DNA of 64,000 nucleotides from Candidatus Bathyarchaeota archaeon (GTDB lineage Archaea; Thermoproteota; Bathyarchaeia; 40CM-2-53-6). Position 1 is the stretch's first letter; every line of letters starts with the position of its first letter. The DNA is taken from NCBI GenBank assembly GCA_963833125.1, contig CAWHWX010000016.1, positions 192,001 through 256,000 on the forward strand. Direction: 5' to 3'. The translations under genes and the position numbers were made by a program. This document shows positions 20,051-29,777 of this stretch, in pieces. Under the pieces are notes generated by a model that was not told the DNA's origin, ran no database searches, and saw only the letters and a list, made by a program, of their open reading frames with translations.

Positions 20051-21686
20051 ATGTCCTATTTGACAGGTCAACCCGTATACATATTGAAAGAAGGTTCAAC
20101 TCGTAACCGCGGCCACGATGCACAGCGGAGCAACATAACAGCTGCAATCATCGTTGCCGAAGTTGTCAAGACCACTCTTGGTCCGCGCGGAATGGACAAG
20201 ATGCTCGTCGACAGTTTAGGCGACGTAACCGTCACAAATGACGGCGCTACGGTATTGGACGAGGTGGACGTTCAAAATCCTGCCGCTAAGATGATAGTTG
20301 AGGTCGCGAAGACGCAGGATGATGAAGTAGGGGATGGAACCACAACTGCTGTTGTGCTTGCAGGTGGGTTACTAAAGCGTGCGCAGGATCTTCTCGACGA
20401 CGAAGTTCATCCGACTACAATTGTAGCGGGTTACAAGAAAGCCGCTGATAAGGCGATCTCGATTCTCGACTCGCTTTCTGAAGAAGTCAAGGCTGATGAT
20501 AAGGTGGCTTTGAAGAAAGTTGCCATGACCGCTATGCACAGTAAAGGTTTGGGCGGAGCACGTGAACACTTCGCGGATATCGCAATCGAAGCCGTGCAGC
20601 AAGTGAAGGAGAAACGAGGCGATTCTTGGTATGCTGACATAGACAATATTCAGCTGGTGAAGAAGGAAGGAAAGAGCCTGCTCGATACCCAGCTTGTTAG
20701 GGGAATTATTGTCGACAAGGAGGTTGTTCATCCGGGCATGCCGAAAGAGGTCAAGAACGCCAAGATCGCTCTGCTCGACGCGGCATTAGAGATTGAGAAA
20801 ACTGAGATTTCCGCCGAGATTCGAATCAACGACCCATCCCAGATGAAAGCATTTCTCGATGAAGAGACGCAGTATGATGAAGGAAATGGTTAGCAAGATT
20901 AAGGCTTCAGGCGCCAACGTGGTCCTCTGCCAGAAAGGAATCGACGACACAACACAACACTACCTAGCCAAGGAAGGAATGCTGGCTGTAAGAAGGATCA
21001 AGAAATCCGACATGGAAAAACTTGGGAGGGCAACTGGAGGCAGAATCGTAACAAACCTAGACGACCTCAAAGCCGGGGACCTAGGAAAAGCTGACCATGT
21101 CGAAGAAAGAAAGATTGGAGACGACAAGATGGTGTTCATAGAAGGATGCAAAGATCCAAGATCCGTCAGCGTACTGATCAGAGCGGGCCTCGAACGCTTA
21201 GTCGACGAAGCTGAAAGAGCATTGAAGGACGCTCTCTCAGTCGTAATCGACGTGGTTCAGAAGCCCAAAGTAGTAGTTGGCGGAGGCGCAATTGAGGCTG
21301 AACTCGCCAAGAGACTCAAGGAATATGCGAGCAAAGTGGGTGGACGCGAGCAACTAGCGATAGAAGCTTTCGCCGAAACGCTCGAAACCATTCCAAAGAC
21401 GCTGGCAGAAAACGCTGGCCTCGACCCCATCGATATCATGGTCGCCCTCCGATCAGCGCACGACAAGAAAGAGGGCGTAAACCAAGGCGTAGACGTATTC
21501 AAAGGCGGAGTGAAGGATATGAAGAAACAAGGAGTCGTAGAACCGGTTAGGGTTAAGGAACATGCGATCCGTTCGGCAGCAGAAGCCGCCTCAATGATCC
21601 TTAGAATCGACGATGTGATCGCCGCGGCAAAGCCACCACCGACTCCGCCACCAAGAGGCGGTGGCGGAGAGATGGGTGACTACTAA
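20051..21686 (+). CDS. ths: Thermosome (group II chaperonin) subunit (frameshift near 20870)
   Basis: [28 protein letters not shown]; two ORFs join. Confidence 0.96.
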
Positions 21687-21761
21687 AATCCCTTCTTTCC
21701 CCTCGTACGCACGCTTAAAATAGATTGTAACCGCGTTAGTCGGCTTGCTCCGGGCTTTAGG

Positions 21762-21888
21762 GCTCCGGTAGAAGCTTAAGCTACCGAATATAGCCCGGTC
21801 AAGTCGCGTGACGCCGAAAGTATGTTGGCCTCTCGAGTTATGGAGAGAGTCAGCGACGTCGCGGGTTCAAATCCCGCCCGGAGCACCA
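21762..21888 (+). tRNA. tRNA-Glu(CTC) with three introns (10/11: 21772-21788; 20b/21: 21802-21818; 37/38: 21836-21847)
   Basis: Acceptor GCTCCGG/CCGGAGC-A-CCA, T arm GCGGG-TTCAAAT-CCCGC; removing three BHB-type introns gives a tRNA-Glu-like cloverleaf. Confidence 0.82.
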
Positions 21889-21893
21889 CAAAA

Positions 21894-21907
21894 TCTCTAT
21901 TTTTTCC
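21894..21907 (+). terminator. Oligo-T terminator after tRNA-Glu
   Basis: TCTCTATTTTTTCC directly after the CCA. Confidence 0.5.
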
Positions 21908-21956
21908 AAATGGATTGAGTATGGTCAGTTCAGGGTTCGAGCCAGAGAAATTGTGG

Positions 21957-22280
21957 CTACCGGTGCCTTCGGTCTCTTCCCGCTTTGTTCTGCTCTCTTT
22001 GCCAACTTCGTTTCCGGCTGGTTTCGATCCGCGTCCTGCCGGATCCGAAAGACCCTGCTCCGCCTCGGTATTGCTGGACTTGGGAGTAGAAGTCTGGGAA
22101 TCCATCCGCATTGTCAGCGAGGGTTGATATGAGTCCGTTGAGCCTTGACCTGGCCTCGTCGGATGCATTTTCATCCCAAGCCTTCGAATAAACCTCGTAA
22201 GCAAGATGGAACTTGAAATCCTGCGGCCGGTCAATCTCTAGCTTGATCGGCGTCTTCTTTTCGTCGTTCCCTTCTTCCAT
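21957..22280 (-). CDS. Hypothetical protein with basic C-terminus
   Basis: 107-aa ATG ORF with TATA-like TTAAATAA upstream. Confidence 0.6.
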   Translation of the reverse strand: MEEGNDEKKTPIKLEIDRPQDFKFHLAYEVYSKAWDENASDEARSRLNGLISTLADNADGFPDFYSQVQQYRGGAGSFGSGRTRIETSRKRSWQREQNKAGRDRRHR

Positions 22281-22372
22281 GTTGCACAGTTCCGCATATC
22301 TAGATAGCAGGTCGAGTTATTTAACGCCACAGGAAAAAACAATCAAAGAGTTCAATCGTTGATTGCCTTGTT

Positions 22373-23168
22373 TCAGCTTGCATCCTTGGTAATGCGCGAG
22401 TCCACAACTTCTTTGTCTCTTTCAGGCAATTCGTACCATTGTTTCCTTTCGCCTACTTTTGATCTAAGCTTCCAGCGAGTACTCTTAGGGGCATTGTCTA
22501 TTCGGGCCTTCAAGGCTTCAATACGATTACGAACGGTTTTCTCTCCGTCTTTGTCGAGTGGATACTGAGCGAGTGCGTTCGATATGTTTCCCAGGTTTAT
22601 CATGAATGTTTTGTATATACCCCAATCATCACCGCATAACCTTGCAAGATACTGACCGTTTATCGCGTCCGGCGTCTCTGTATCGGTAATCTCGTGGTCG
22701 TTGATGAGTGATATTATGTCTCGGTACTCTCTTTCGGTTATTTCAACGACCTGAAGTTTGGTCGCCAGCAGGTCTGCGAGGGGGATCGTGTATTTGTCGA
22801 TTAACAGGCGATCTTTGAAATCCAGTTTATGACACATTTCGAATACGTCCAAGAAAATGTCGACCCGTCTTCCATTTTCAATGTCATTGAAGATGAGTCG
22901 TGTGTCTCCATGCAACGCGTTGAAGATATCACGCGGCGTGTAACCGAGACCTATGAATAATTTCTTCATGCCGCTGCGCCTGCTTCTTCAGGCCCATGAA
23001 ATCTATGTCAGCATATTTACGGGATAAGGACCTGTGCGTTGCGCTTGGCGAGTGAAACCGAACCGCCAACCCACCAAACAGTCGCAGGGTTATCTGGTTC
23101 TTGTCGGCTTCGTCGATTATCCGCTGGGCCTCTTTGACTATGTCTGTTTCTGGCGTTGAATTCGGCAC
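22373..23168 (-). CDS. Uncharacterised nucleotidyltransferase-fold protein (frameshift near 22975)
   Basis: RLFGGLAV...YADIDF, RVDIFLD, DLLATKLQ across two ORFs. Confidence 0.75.
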
Positions 23169-23343
23169 TGATTAATCACAGGAGGATGCGTATGCCGTGG
23201 AGAGCGAATATAAGGCGTTTCATGCGGTTCTACCGCGCCCATTCAATATAGGCGTGTGAGCTCGCAGAATTCGCTCTGTTCCACTCAGGAACGCGATGGT
23301 GCTAAGCTTTTTCAGACTGGGGTGCATGAGGCACACTGTGTTT

Positions 23344-23450
23344 GGGCCCGTAGCTCAGCTAGGCTAGAGCGACAGACTACGAATGTCGAAGCTCATATGA
23401 GGATCGGAGGAACCTGCTGGTCGAGGGTTCGAATCCCTCCGGGCCCACCA
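23344..23450 (+). tRNA. tRNA-Ile2(CAT) with two introns (30/31: 23376-23390; 37/38: 23398-23411)
   Basis: GGGCCCG/CGGGCCC-A-CCA acceptor typical of archaeal Ile, GCTC/GAGC D stem, GAGGG-TTCGAAT-CCCTC T arm; CT-CAT-AA loop after splicing. Met identity not excluded. Confidence 0.75.
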
Positions 23451-23590
23451 ACTAACGAACTTTGAAGTCTCTTCATTTCTTGGGATATTCAAGCTTCGAT
23501 ATTCGTACTACCGATGACGGCTGCATTTGTCAATATTGGTAAGCAGTGGCAGGTGTAATAAGCGGACGGCGTTTTCGAAGTTCGACGGAT

Positions 23591-24721
23591 ATGTCAGGCA
23601 AGAAGGCCGATCTCGCTGGTCCGGGAATCGGAAATTATGAGGATCTGGATAAGATTCTTCCGAACGGTTATAGTTCTCTTCTGAACCCAAAGGACACGCA
23701 ACGAGCCATTTTCGCTGCAAAGAACTACATCGAAGAGAACCTTTGCAAAGAACTCAATCTCATGATGGTTCAAGTTCCGTTGATAGTCGATGTGGAAAGC
23801 GGAGTCAACGATATGCTTGACCGCGACGGTTCACGGACGCCGGTTCAATTCCACATCTCTAACGACTATAACAGGCACCCCATCGACGCACAGGTCGTCC
23901 AGGCCGCAACAAAATGGAAGAGAGTGGCCTTGAAGCAGTTCGGGATGAAAGTTGGAGAGGGGATCTGCACAGATATGCGGGCTGTTCGTAAGGACTACTT
24001 CCTAGACCATGACCACAGTGCCTACGTGGATCAGTGGGATTGGGAGAAAGCGATTACCGAGGAGGAAAGAAATCTCAGCTACCTGAAGGATACCGTCCGC
24101 AAGATTTGGAAGGTGCTCAAAGGTGCGGAAACGCATGTACAGAAGACATTCCCACAACTCAAGACTAACAAGTATCCAAACCTACCCGACGAGATCACAT
24201 TCCTACACGCCGAAGACATTCTCGACAAATATCCTGATATGCCACGGAAAGAGCGCGAAACTGCGATTCTCCAGAAGTATCCTGCGATCTTCATTATTGG
24301 AATCGGTTGGGTTCTGAAAGATGGTTACCCACATGAAATGAGAGCCGCAGACTACGACGACTGGGTCACTGAGACAAGATCGGAGGAGGGAAAGCCGATG
24401 CATGGGTTGAATGGCGACATCCTTGTCTGGAATCCTGTGACAAAGCGTCGGCACGAACTCACCTCAATGGGCATTCGCGTCAACGCTACTTCTTTGAAGA
24501 AGCAGCTTGAGCTTTCAGGACAATTGAGCTTCCTGAACTTTCCGTACCATCAAGGCATCATAAACGGGGACCTGCCTCTCAGCATCGGAGGCGGGATCGG
24601 GCAGTCTCGCACGTATATGTATCTCCTCCGGAAAGCGCACCTTGGCGAGGTCAGCGTTAGTGTTTGGCCGAAGATACTGAAAGAGATGTGCGCAAGAAAG
24701 AACATACATGTTATAGAATGA
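23591..24721 (+). CDS. asnA: Aspartate-ammonia ligase (asparagine synthetase A)
   Basis: QAATKWKR, DMRAVRKD, HSAYVDQWDWE, RAADYDDW, LNGDIL, SIGGGIGQSR. Confidence 0.93.
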   Translation: MSGKKADLAGPGIGNYEDLDKILPNGYSSLLNPKDTQRAIFAAKNYIEENLCKELNLMMVQVPLIVDVESGVNDMLDRDGSRTPVQFHISNDYNRHPIDAQVVQAATKWKRVALKQFGMKVGEGICTDMRAVRKDYFLDHDHSAYVDQWDWEKAITEEERNLSYLKDTVRKIWKVLKGAETHVQKTFPQLKTNKYPNLPDEITFLHAEDILDKYPDMPRKERETAILQKYPAIFIIGIGWVLKDGYPHEMRAADYDDWVTETRSEEGKPMHGLNGDILVWNPVTKRRHELTSMGIRVNATSLKKQLELSGQLSFLNFPYHQGIINGDLPLSIGGGIGQSRTYMYLLRKAHLGEVSVSVWPKILKEMCARKNIHVIE

Positions 24722-24725
24722 GTTG

Positions 24726-27125
24726 TTACATTGAAAATGCTTGGAAGCGCTTTGCTGTTTCGGCCATCTCCCTCAAACGTTTGTCAACGAGCCCGTAGAT
24801 AGTATTCTCTTCATAGCCACCATTCGGGAGCGCTTTCCCAGCAGGGACGCCAGTTAATACCTCAATTCCTTCCTCGATTGTTGACACCGGGTAGACGTGG
24901 AATTTGCCGGCCTTTACCGCGTCCACCACTTCTTGCTTCAACATAAGGTTACGAACGTTGCTTTGGGGAATCACTACGCCATGTCGTCCGTCGAGCCCCC
25001 TCGCCTTGCATACTTCAAAATATCCCTCAATTTTCTCGTTAGCGCCGCCAATTGGTTGCACCTCCCCTTTCTGGTTAACTGACCCCGTAACAGCGAAATG
25101 CTGCTTGATCGGAACGCCTGACAGTGCGGAGAGAAGTGCGTACAGCTCTGTACTAGAGGCGCTGTCTCCTTCCACTCCTTCGTAGTTCTGCTCAAACACG
25201 ATTCTGGCGGACAACGTGAGAGGTTTGTCCCGCGCGAATTTCGAGGCGATATAGCCAGCAATTATCATAATCCCCTTACCATGTATCGGGCCGCTCATCG
25301 CTACCTCTCGTTGAACATCAACTAACCCATCCTTCCCTAACCCCACGGCTACCGTTATGCGCGATGGAGCCCCGAAGGAGAAATCGCCTAAGCTGAGAAC
25401 AGAAAGGCCGTTAATTTGTCCGGTCGCCTCGCCATCGGTGGATATGAAGATGATATTCTTCTCAATGTATTCTCGCAGTTTCTCTTGTATCAAATTCGAA
25501 CGATAGATTTTGGCCTCAATGGCTTTCTCTACGTGGTTTGCCGTGATATATTTCGAATCGTCCTGTTGAGCGTAGAAATGAGCTTCACGCACAACATCGC
25601 CGACCAAACCAAATTGCGTCGAAAGTTTGTCCTGATCATCTGCAAGCCTGCAACTGTATTCGATGAGACGAGCGACCGCTGAGGCGTCTGAGTGCTTCAG
25701 GTTTTCATTCATGGCGAGGGTGGTGAAGAACCCTGCATAGTTCCGTATATTGGCCTCAGTCTTCGCCATCGTCGAGTCGAATTCCGCTTTTACCTTGAAT
25801 AGCTCTCTGAATTCCGGATCGTATGCGTACAGCAACTGGTACATAGTCGAATCCCCAATGAGGATCACCTTCAATTCCAACGGAATCGGCTCGGGGGCGA
25901 GTGACCTGACGCTCGCGTAGCCAATCCGCTGTGGCAAATCTTCTATACGAATCTCTCCAGACTTTAGAGCTCGTTTCAGCGAGTCGTAGACGATTATGTC
26001 GCGAAGAAGTTGTTCGGCGCGCATTACTAGGAAGCCGCCGTTCGCACGATGGACTGATCCACCTCGAATTAGCGTGAAATCAGTTGTTAATGTTCCAAGC
26101 TGGCTCTCTCGCTCAATCCGTCCAAGCACGTTGTCGTAAATTGGGTTTTGCTCGACGACAATGGGAGCACCCTGGGTCCCAGAATTGTCTGCAATTACGT
26201 TTACGTCGTAGACTCGGAATCCTAATTCTTCTGCATATTCCTCCTTAGCATCCTTCTTCTCACCGCTCGTGCCGCGAAATCGATCAATGTCCTCGCCGAT
26301 ATGTGTCTGGATTCTGTGCAGGAATTGGACAATTTCTTCATGTGGTTTGTATTTCTCAAGCAAGCTGGACATTAAGTGGTCGATCGCGTACAACGTGACA
26401 TCTTTATCGAATTCAGCGATCTCGTTCCGTGCTGCGGTCTCCAGGTCGCGGAGTTCCCGTACTAATGGTTGTAGCTTCTCCGTAAGGGCTTCCCGTTGTT
26501 GTGTGAGCTTCTGTTGAGCCTCCTTTGGTAGGGAGATGAACTCATTCGCCTTCAGGGGCTTACCCTTGATTACGGGTACAAGTGACATTCCAACGGGTGT
26601 CAGTTGAAGTATGAATCCTGCCTCTTCTGCAGTCTGGCCCATACGTGTGATTATGTCTTCTCGTTTTGCGTTTACTTTTTTGATTATTTCTTCTCGCTTG
26701 GTTGCGTAGTCTTCACCCTCGAATACTTGATGAATGGCGATCCGTGCGGCCGCGATCAGCTCTCGCATGTCTTGTTTGAGCTGCTTTCCAACTCCTGGCG
26801 GACAACGGAGTTTGTTCGGTTGGTATTCATCTTCAAAATTGTGGACGTAACACCAATCCATAGGCGTTGCTAACTTCTTCGCGAGGTCTTCCAAAAAGTC
26901 AGTTACGGTCGTTGTTTTTCCGGTTCCTGAAGGGCCCGCTACGAAAATGTTGAAGCCGATTTCCTTAGCTGAAAAGCCTAGAGATAGAGCTTGGTAGGCA
27001 CGTGGTTGGCCCACCATCATTTCTAGGGGCTTTAATTCCTCGGTCGTCTTTGCTCCAATAATCTTAGGGTCGCAAGTCCAACGAAGAGCGGTGATCGGAA
27101 GCTCGGATACCATAGCCTTCAGCAA
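24726..27125 (-). CDS. LonC-type Lon protease (soluble, AAA_32 family)
   Basis: GPSGTGKT, coiled-coil insertion, GSVHRANGG, degenerate Walker B, GDSAS...K catalytic dyad. Confidence 0.9.
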   Translation of the reverse strand: MLKAMVSELPITALRWTCDPKIIGAKTTEELKPLEMMVGQPRAYQALSLGFSAKEIGFNIFVAGPSGTGKTTTVTDFLEDLAKKLATPMDWCYVHNFEDEYQPNKLRCPPGVGKQLKQDMRELIAAARIAIHQVFEGEDYATKREEIIKKVNAKREDIITRMGQTAEEAGFILQLTPVGMSLVPVIKGKPLKANEFISLPKEAQQKLTQQREALTEKLQPLVRELRDLETAARNEIAEFDKDVTLYAIDHLMSSLLEKYKPHEEIVQFLHRIQTHIGEDIDRFRGTSGEKKDAKEEYAEELGFRVYDVNVIADNSGTQGAPIVVEQNPIYDNVLGRIERESQLGTLTTDFTLIRGGSVHRANGGFLVMRAEQLLRDIIVYDSLKRALKSGEIRIEDLPQRIGYASVRSLAPEPIPLELKVILIGDSTMYQLLYAYDPEFRELFKVKAEFDSTMAKTEANIRNYAGFFTTLAMNENLKHSDASAVARLIEYSCRLADDQDKLSTQFGLVGDVVREAHFYAQQDDSKYITANHVEKAIEAKIYRSNLIQEKLREYIEKNIIFISTDGEATGQINGLSVLSLGDFSFGAPSRITVAVGLGKDGLVDVQREVAMSGPIHGKGIMIIAGYIASKFARDKPLTLSARIVFEQNYEGVEGDSASSTELYALLSALSGVPIKQHFAVTGSVNQKGEVQPIGGANEKIEGYFEVCKARGLDGRHGVVIPQSNVRNLMLKQEVVDAVKAGKFHVYPVSTIEEGIEVLTGVPAGKALPNGGYEENTIYGLVDKRLREMAETAKRFQAFSM

Positions 27126-27194
27126 AGATGCCGTTCTGTGTTGCTATTTACCTTTTGTAGAAAACTGGCCCGCCTCGCCACGCAAGTCGGGCCT

Positions 27195-27524
27195 TTACGA
27201 GATCTGGGATTTGGCCTCGTCGATTCTGACTGGTCTGTGCGTTATGGGGTTTATCCATAAGTAAGGGTCTTCCCATCGATCGGTAAGTTCAACCTTTACT
27301 GGGTGGTCACATTTTGTGCATCGAGGGCCTCTAGATTCGAATATCGTCTCGGGACACCGGCAGTCACAGCCTACATGCTCCAGAATTAGTTTGGATCCTT
27401 CATATCGAGGAATTCTTGGCGGGCTGCAAGCTTCGCAGAAGGTTTCCACTTCCTTAGACCTCACGATTGCGAATCGACGGTAATACGGTAGAGAGATGAG
27501 TGAAACTTCTCCTAGAACTTTCAA
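27195..27524 (-). CDS. Cys-rich putative Zn-binding protein
   Basis: CEAC, CDCRC and CTKC motifs; lies directly downstream of SNF2. Confidence 0.6.
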   Translation of the reverse strand: MKVLGEVSLISLPYYRRFAIVRSKEVETFCEACSPPRIPRYEGSKLILEHVGCDCRCPETIFESRGPRCTKCDHPVKVELTDRWEDPYLWINPITHRPVRIDEAKSQIS

Positions 27525-27552
27525 AGTGGAGGCTTGTGGACTCTAGTTTGCT

Positions 27553-29667
27553 CTATGGGTCAGTTCTAGCCAGAGGTTTTTCTAGTTTCAACCCGTAGCG
27601 TTCACGTATCTTTGCGGCTAACTTCATCATGTCGAATCCGAAGATTTCCTTCAGTTCTTCCAAGGTTAGTTCCTCACTCTCGGTCATGTCGCTTACCGTG
27701 ACTTGCCGGAATAGAGTTCGCTTCCGCTCCAGCACGTCACGCACATGTTCCTCGATGGTGCCCTTGACTACGAAGTTCACTGCAAGTACCTTATTGGTTT
27801 GGCCAATTCGGTGGAGGCGTGCGATTCGCTGCAACAGCCTAGCAGGATTCCAGGGCAAGTCATAATTTACGACCACATCAGCAGCTTGTAGGTTCAGGCC
27901 AAACTGTCCAGCGTCCGTGCTCGCAAGGACTCTGTAGATAGGTTGTTCCGTGAATTTGTGCAGATTGGCGATTCGTTCGTCGCGCGAAAGTTGCCCATGG
28001 TACACTAATGTTGGGATTCCCTTGCCCTCTAGCTCTTCCTGTATGAGATTAACAACTGGGACAAATTGCGAGAAGATTACTATTTTATGGGATTGCTCCG
28101 TCAAGTCCTCGACGAGTTCCCTTAAGCTCGACTAGCTTTGCGTTCTCGGGTTCAAGTCTAGCGACCGCCCGTAGTAACTTTTTGAAGATTGGCGATTCAC
28201 GGAGTAACTCGGCGTCACGGGTGTTCTGCGCTGCTTCCGTCGAAGATAGCCCGCTATCATGCTTATGTCGGCGCAAGCTTCTCGGAGAAGAGTGTACAGT
28301 CTAAGTCGGTTGGATGTGAATGGATTCGGCCCTTCGTGTTCGGTAGTGCTGAAAGCGTACTCCTCAAGGACCGTTTCGCTTAAACTCTCCTGGAGTATAT
28401 CGTAAATCGTGCGTTGGTTTCTCGCTGGTTCAGTGTACACATACTGCATGGTCAGTGAGGGCAATTGCCTCAGCACTTGGGCTTTCGTACGACGGATCGA
28501 AACTGCCTTGAGTTCTTTCCTAAGTAAGGGTAGATTTTCAGGGTTAATGATTGGTCGGTAGGATTGCCATCCCTGTCCCGACAATTTCAAGGTGAACCTC
28601 GCTAGGAAGTCTTCATGGTATCGTCCGAAGAAACCTGGCCGCACAATATTCACTATATTGTAAAGTTCGCCGAGATGGTTTTCGAGCGGCGTGCCAGTCA
28701 AAGCGATCACGTTTCGTACTATCAGTTTCTTCACGGCCTCACTCGTTTGCGTATCCAAGTTCTTGACGCGGGTTACCTCATCAAGTATCAAAGTATCGAA
28801 AGCTCTCTGCATTATCAGATCCGCATCCGTGCGAAGCAGCTCGTAATTTACGACGACTAGAGGATCGTCATACAATCTGCTGCGTTCCCGAATGGAGCGC
28901 TTAGACGTGACTATGGTGGGTTCGAGGTTGAATTTCTCAATAAGTTCCTCCCGCCACTGGTCGACAACTGCGTTCGGTGCTACGATCAGTGCTCGGGAGG
29001 CCTTTCTGAGCTTCTCTAGTTCAATCAAAGCACTAGTCGCTGAGATAGTTTTGCCCAATCCCATTTCATCAAAAAGGCAGGCGCGGCCGTCGTTTGCTAG
29101 AATGAATTGCACGGCTTTTCGCTGGAATGGGTAGAGGGTGACGTTGATGTTTCTTGGAGCCCGAGTTTTACGCAGGCCCGTTTCTTTTTGCGGGAAGTTC
29201 TTGAGTAGGAGTCGCACGCCGTCTCGTTCGAATGCTGTTTTCGCGAACTCCAGTGACCCTGCTTGCCTGAGTCGATAGCTGTCATAATATGGGCTCCAAA
29301 CAACATACGTTTTGAAAGTCCAATCGTCGAGAATATCCTTCAGTGAGTCATCTTTCAGTGGTCTAACCCACACGTACCCTTCCGGGTCGTATTCTAATAC
29401 CACGGTTCGGTGTTCGCGAATCAGTTTGAGGGCTTGAGGGGAGTATTCCAGTTTCAAGCCAGATTGGCGGTATGTTTCTTGCGCGAGTGTAGGATTGAGC
29501 GTTACAGGGTGATGGAAGAAACCATCTCGAAATGGCGTGAGCTCAATCAGCGACCCGAAATTCGGTTGTGGTACGTGGATCTCGGGCTGCACTCTCAGTG
29601 AGGGGGCCACAACAACCTTCACGTACCTTATCCGCTTCGGCGCTTCAACCGCTTGCTCTTTCTTCAA
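27553..29667 (-). CDS. SNF2-family helicase/ATPase (two frameshifts near 28226 and 28118)
   Basis: LYPFQ, DEMGLGKT, LILDE, LTGTPLEN, IFSQF, GLNLQ, PWNPA..QRIARLHRIGQ. Confidence 0.9.
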
Positions 29668-29777
29668 GTCGCCCGTGCATCCCGAATAGGCTGAAACTGG
29701 GATGTAATTCAGCGCCTAGATTTGAGCATCTCGGAAGGGTGCGGGTCTACATCCGGTTGAACAGAACGGGAGCTAGG

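Noticed and set aside
21747-21768. Direct repeat GCTCCGG upstream of tRNA-Glu as a fourth, acceptor-stem intron or an att site
   Set aside because: No cut position gives a valid 4-bp BHB helix that regenerates U8; only 7 bp long, so probably 5' leader sequence
21776-22234. Long ORFs overlapping tRNA-Glu, and the many antisense ORFs in the track
   Set aside because: Shadow frames of real genes or tRNAs with no recognisable motifs
23371-23390. Reading the second tRNA as Arg(ACG) from CT-ACG-AA
   Set aside because: The flanks do not form an anticodon stem and A34 anticodons are essentially absent in archaea; this segment is the intron
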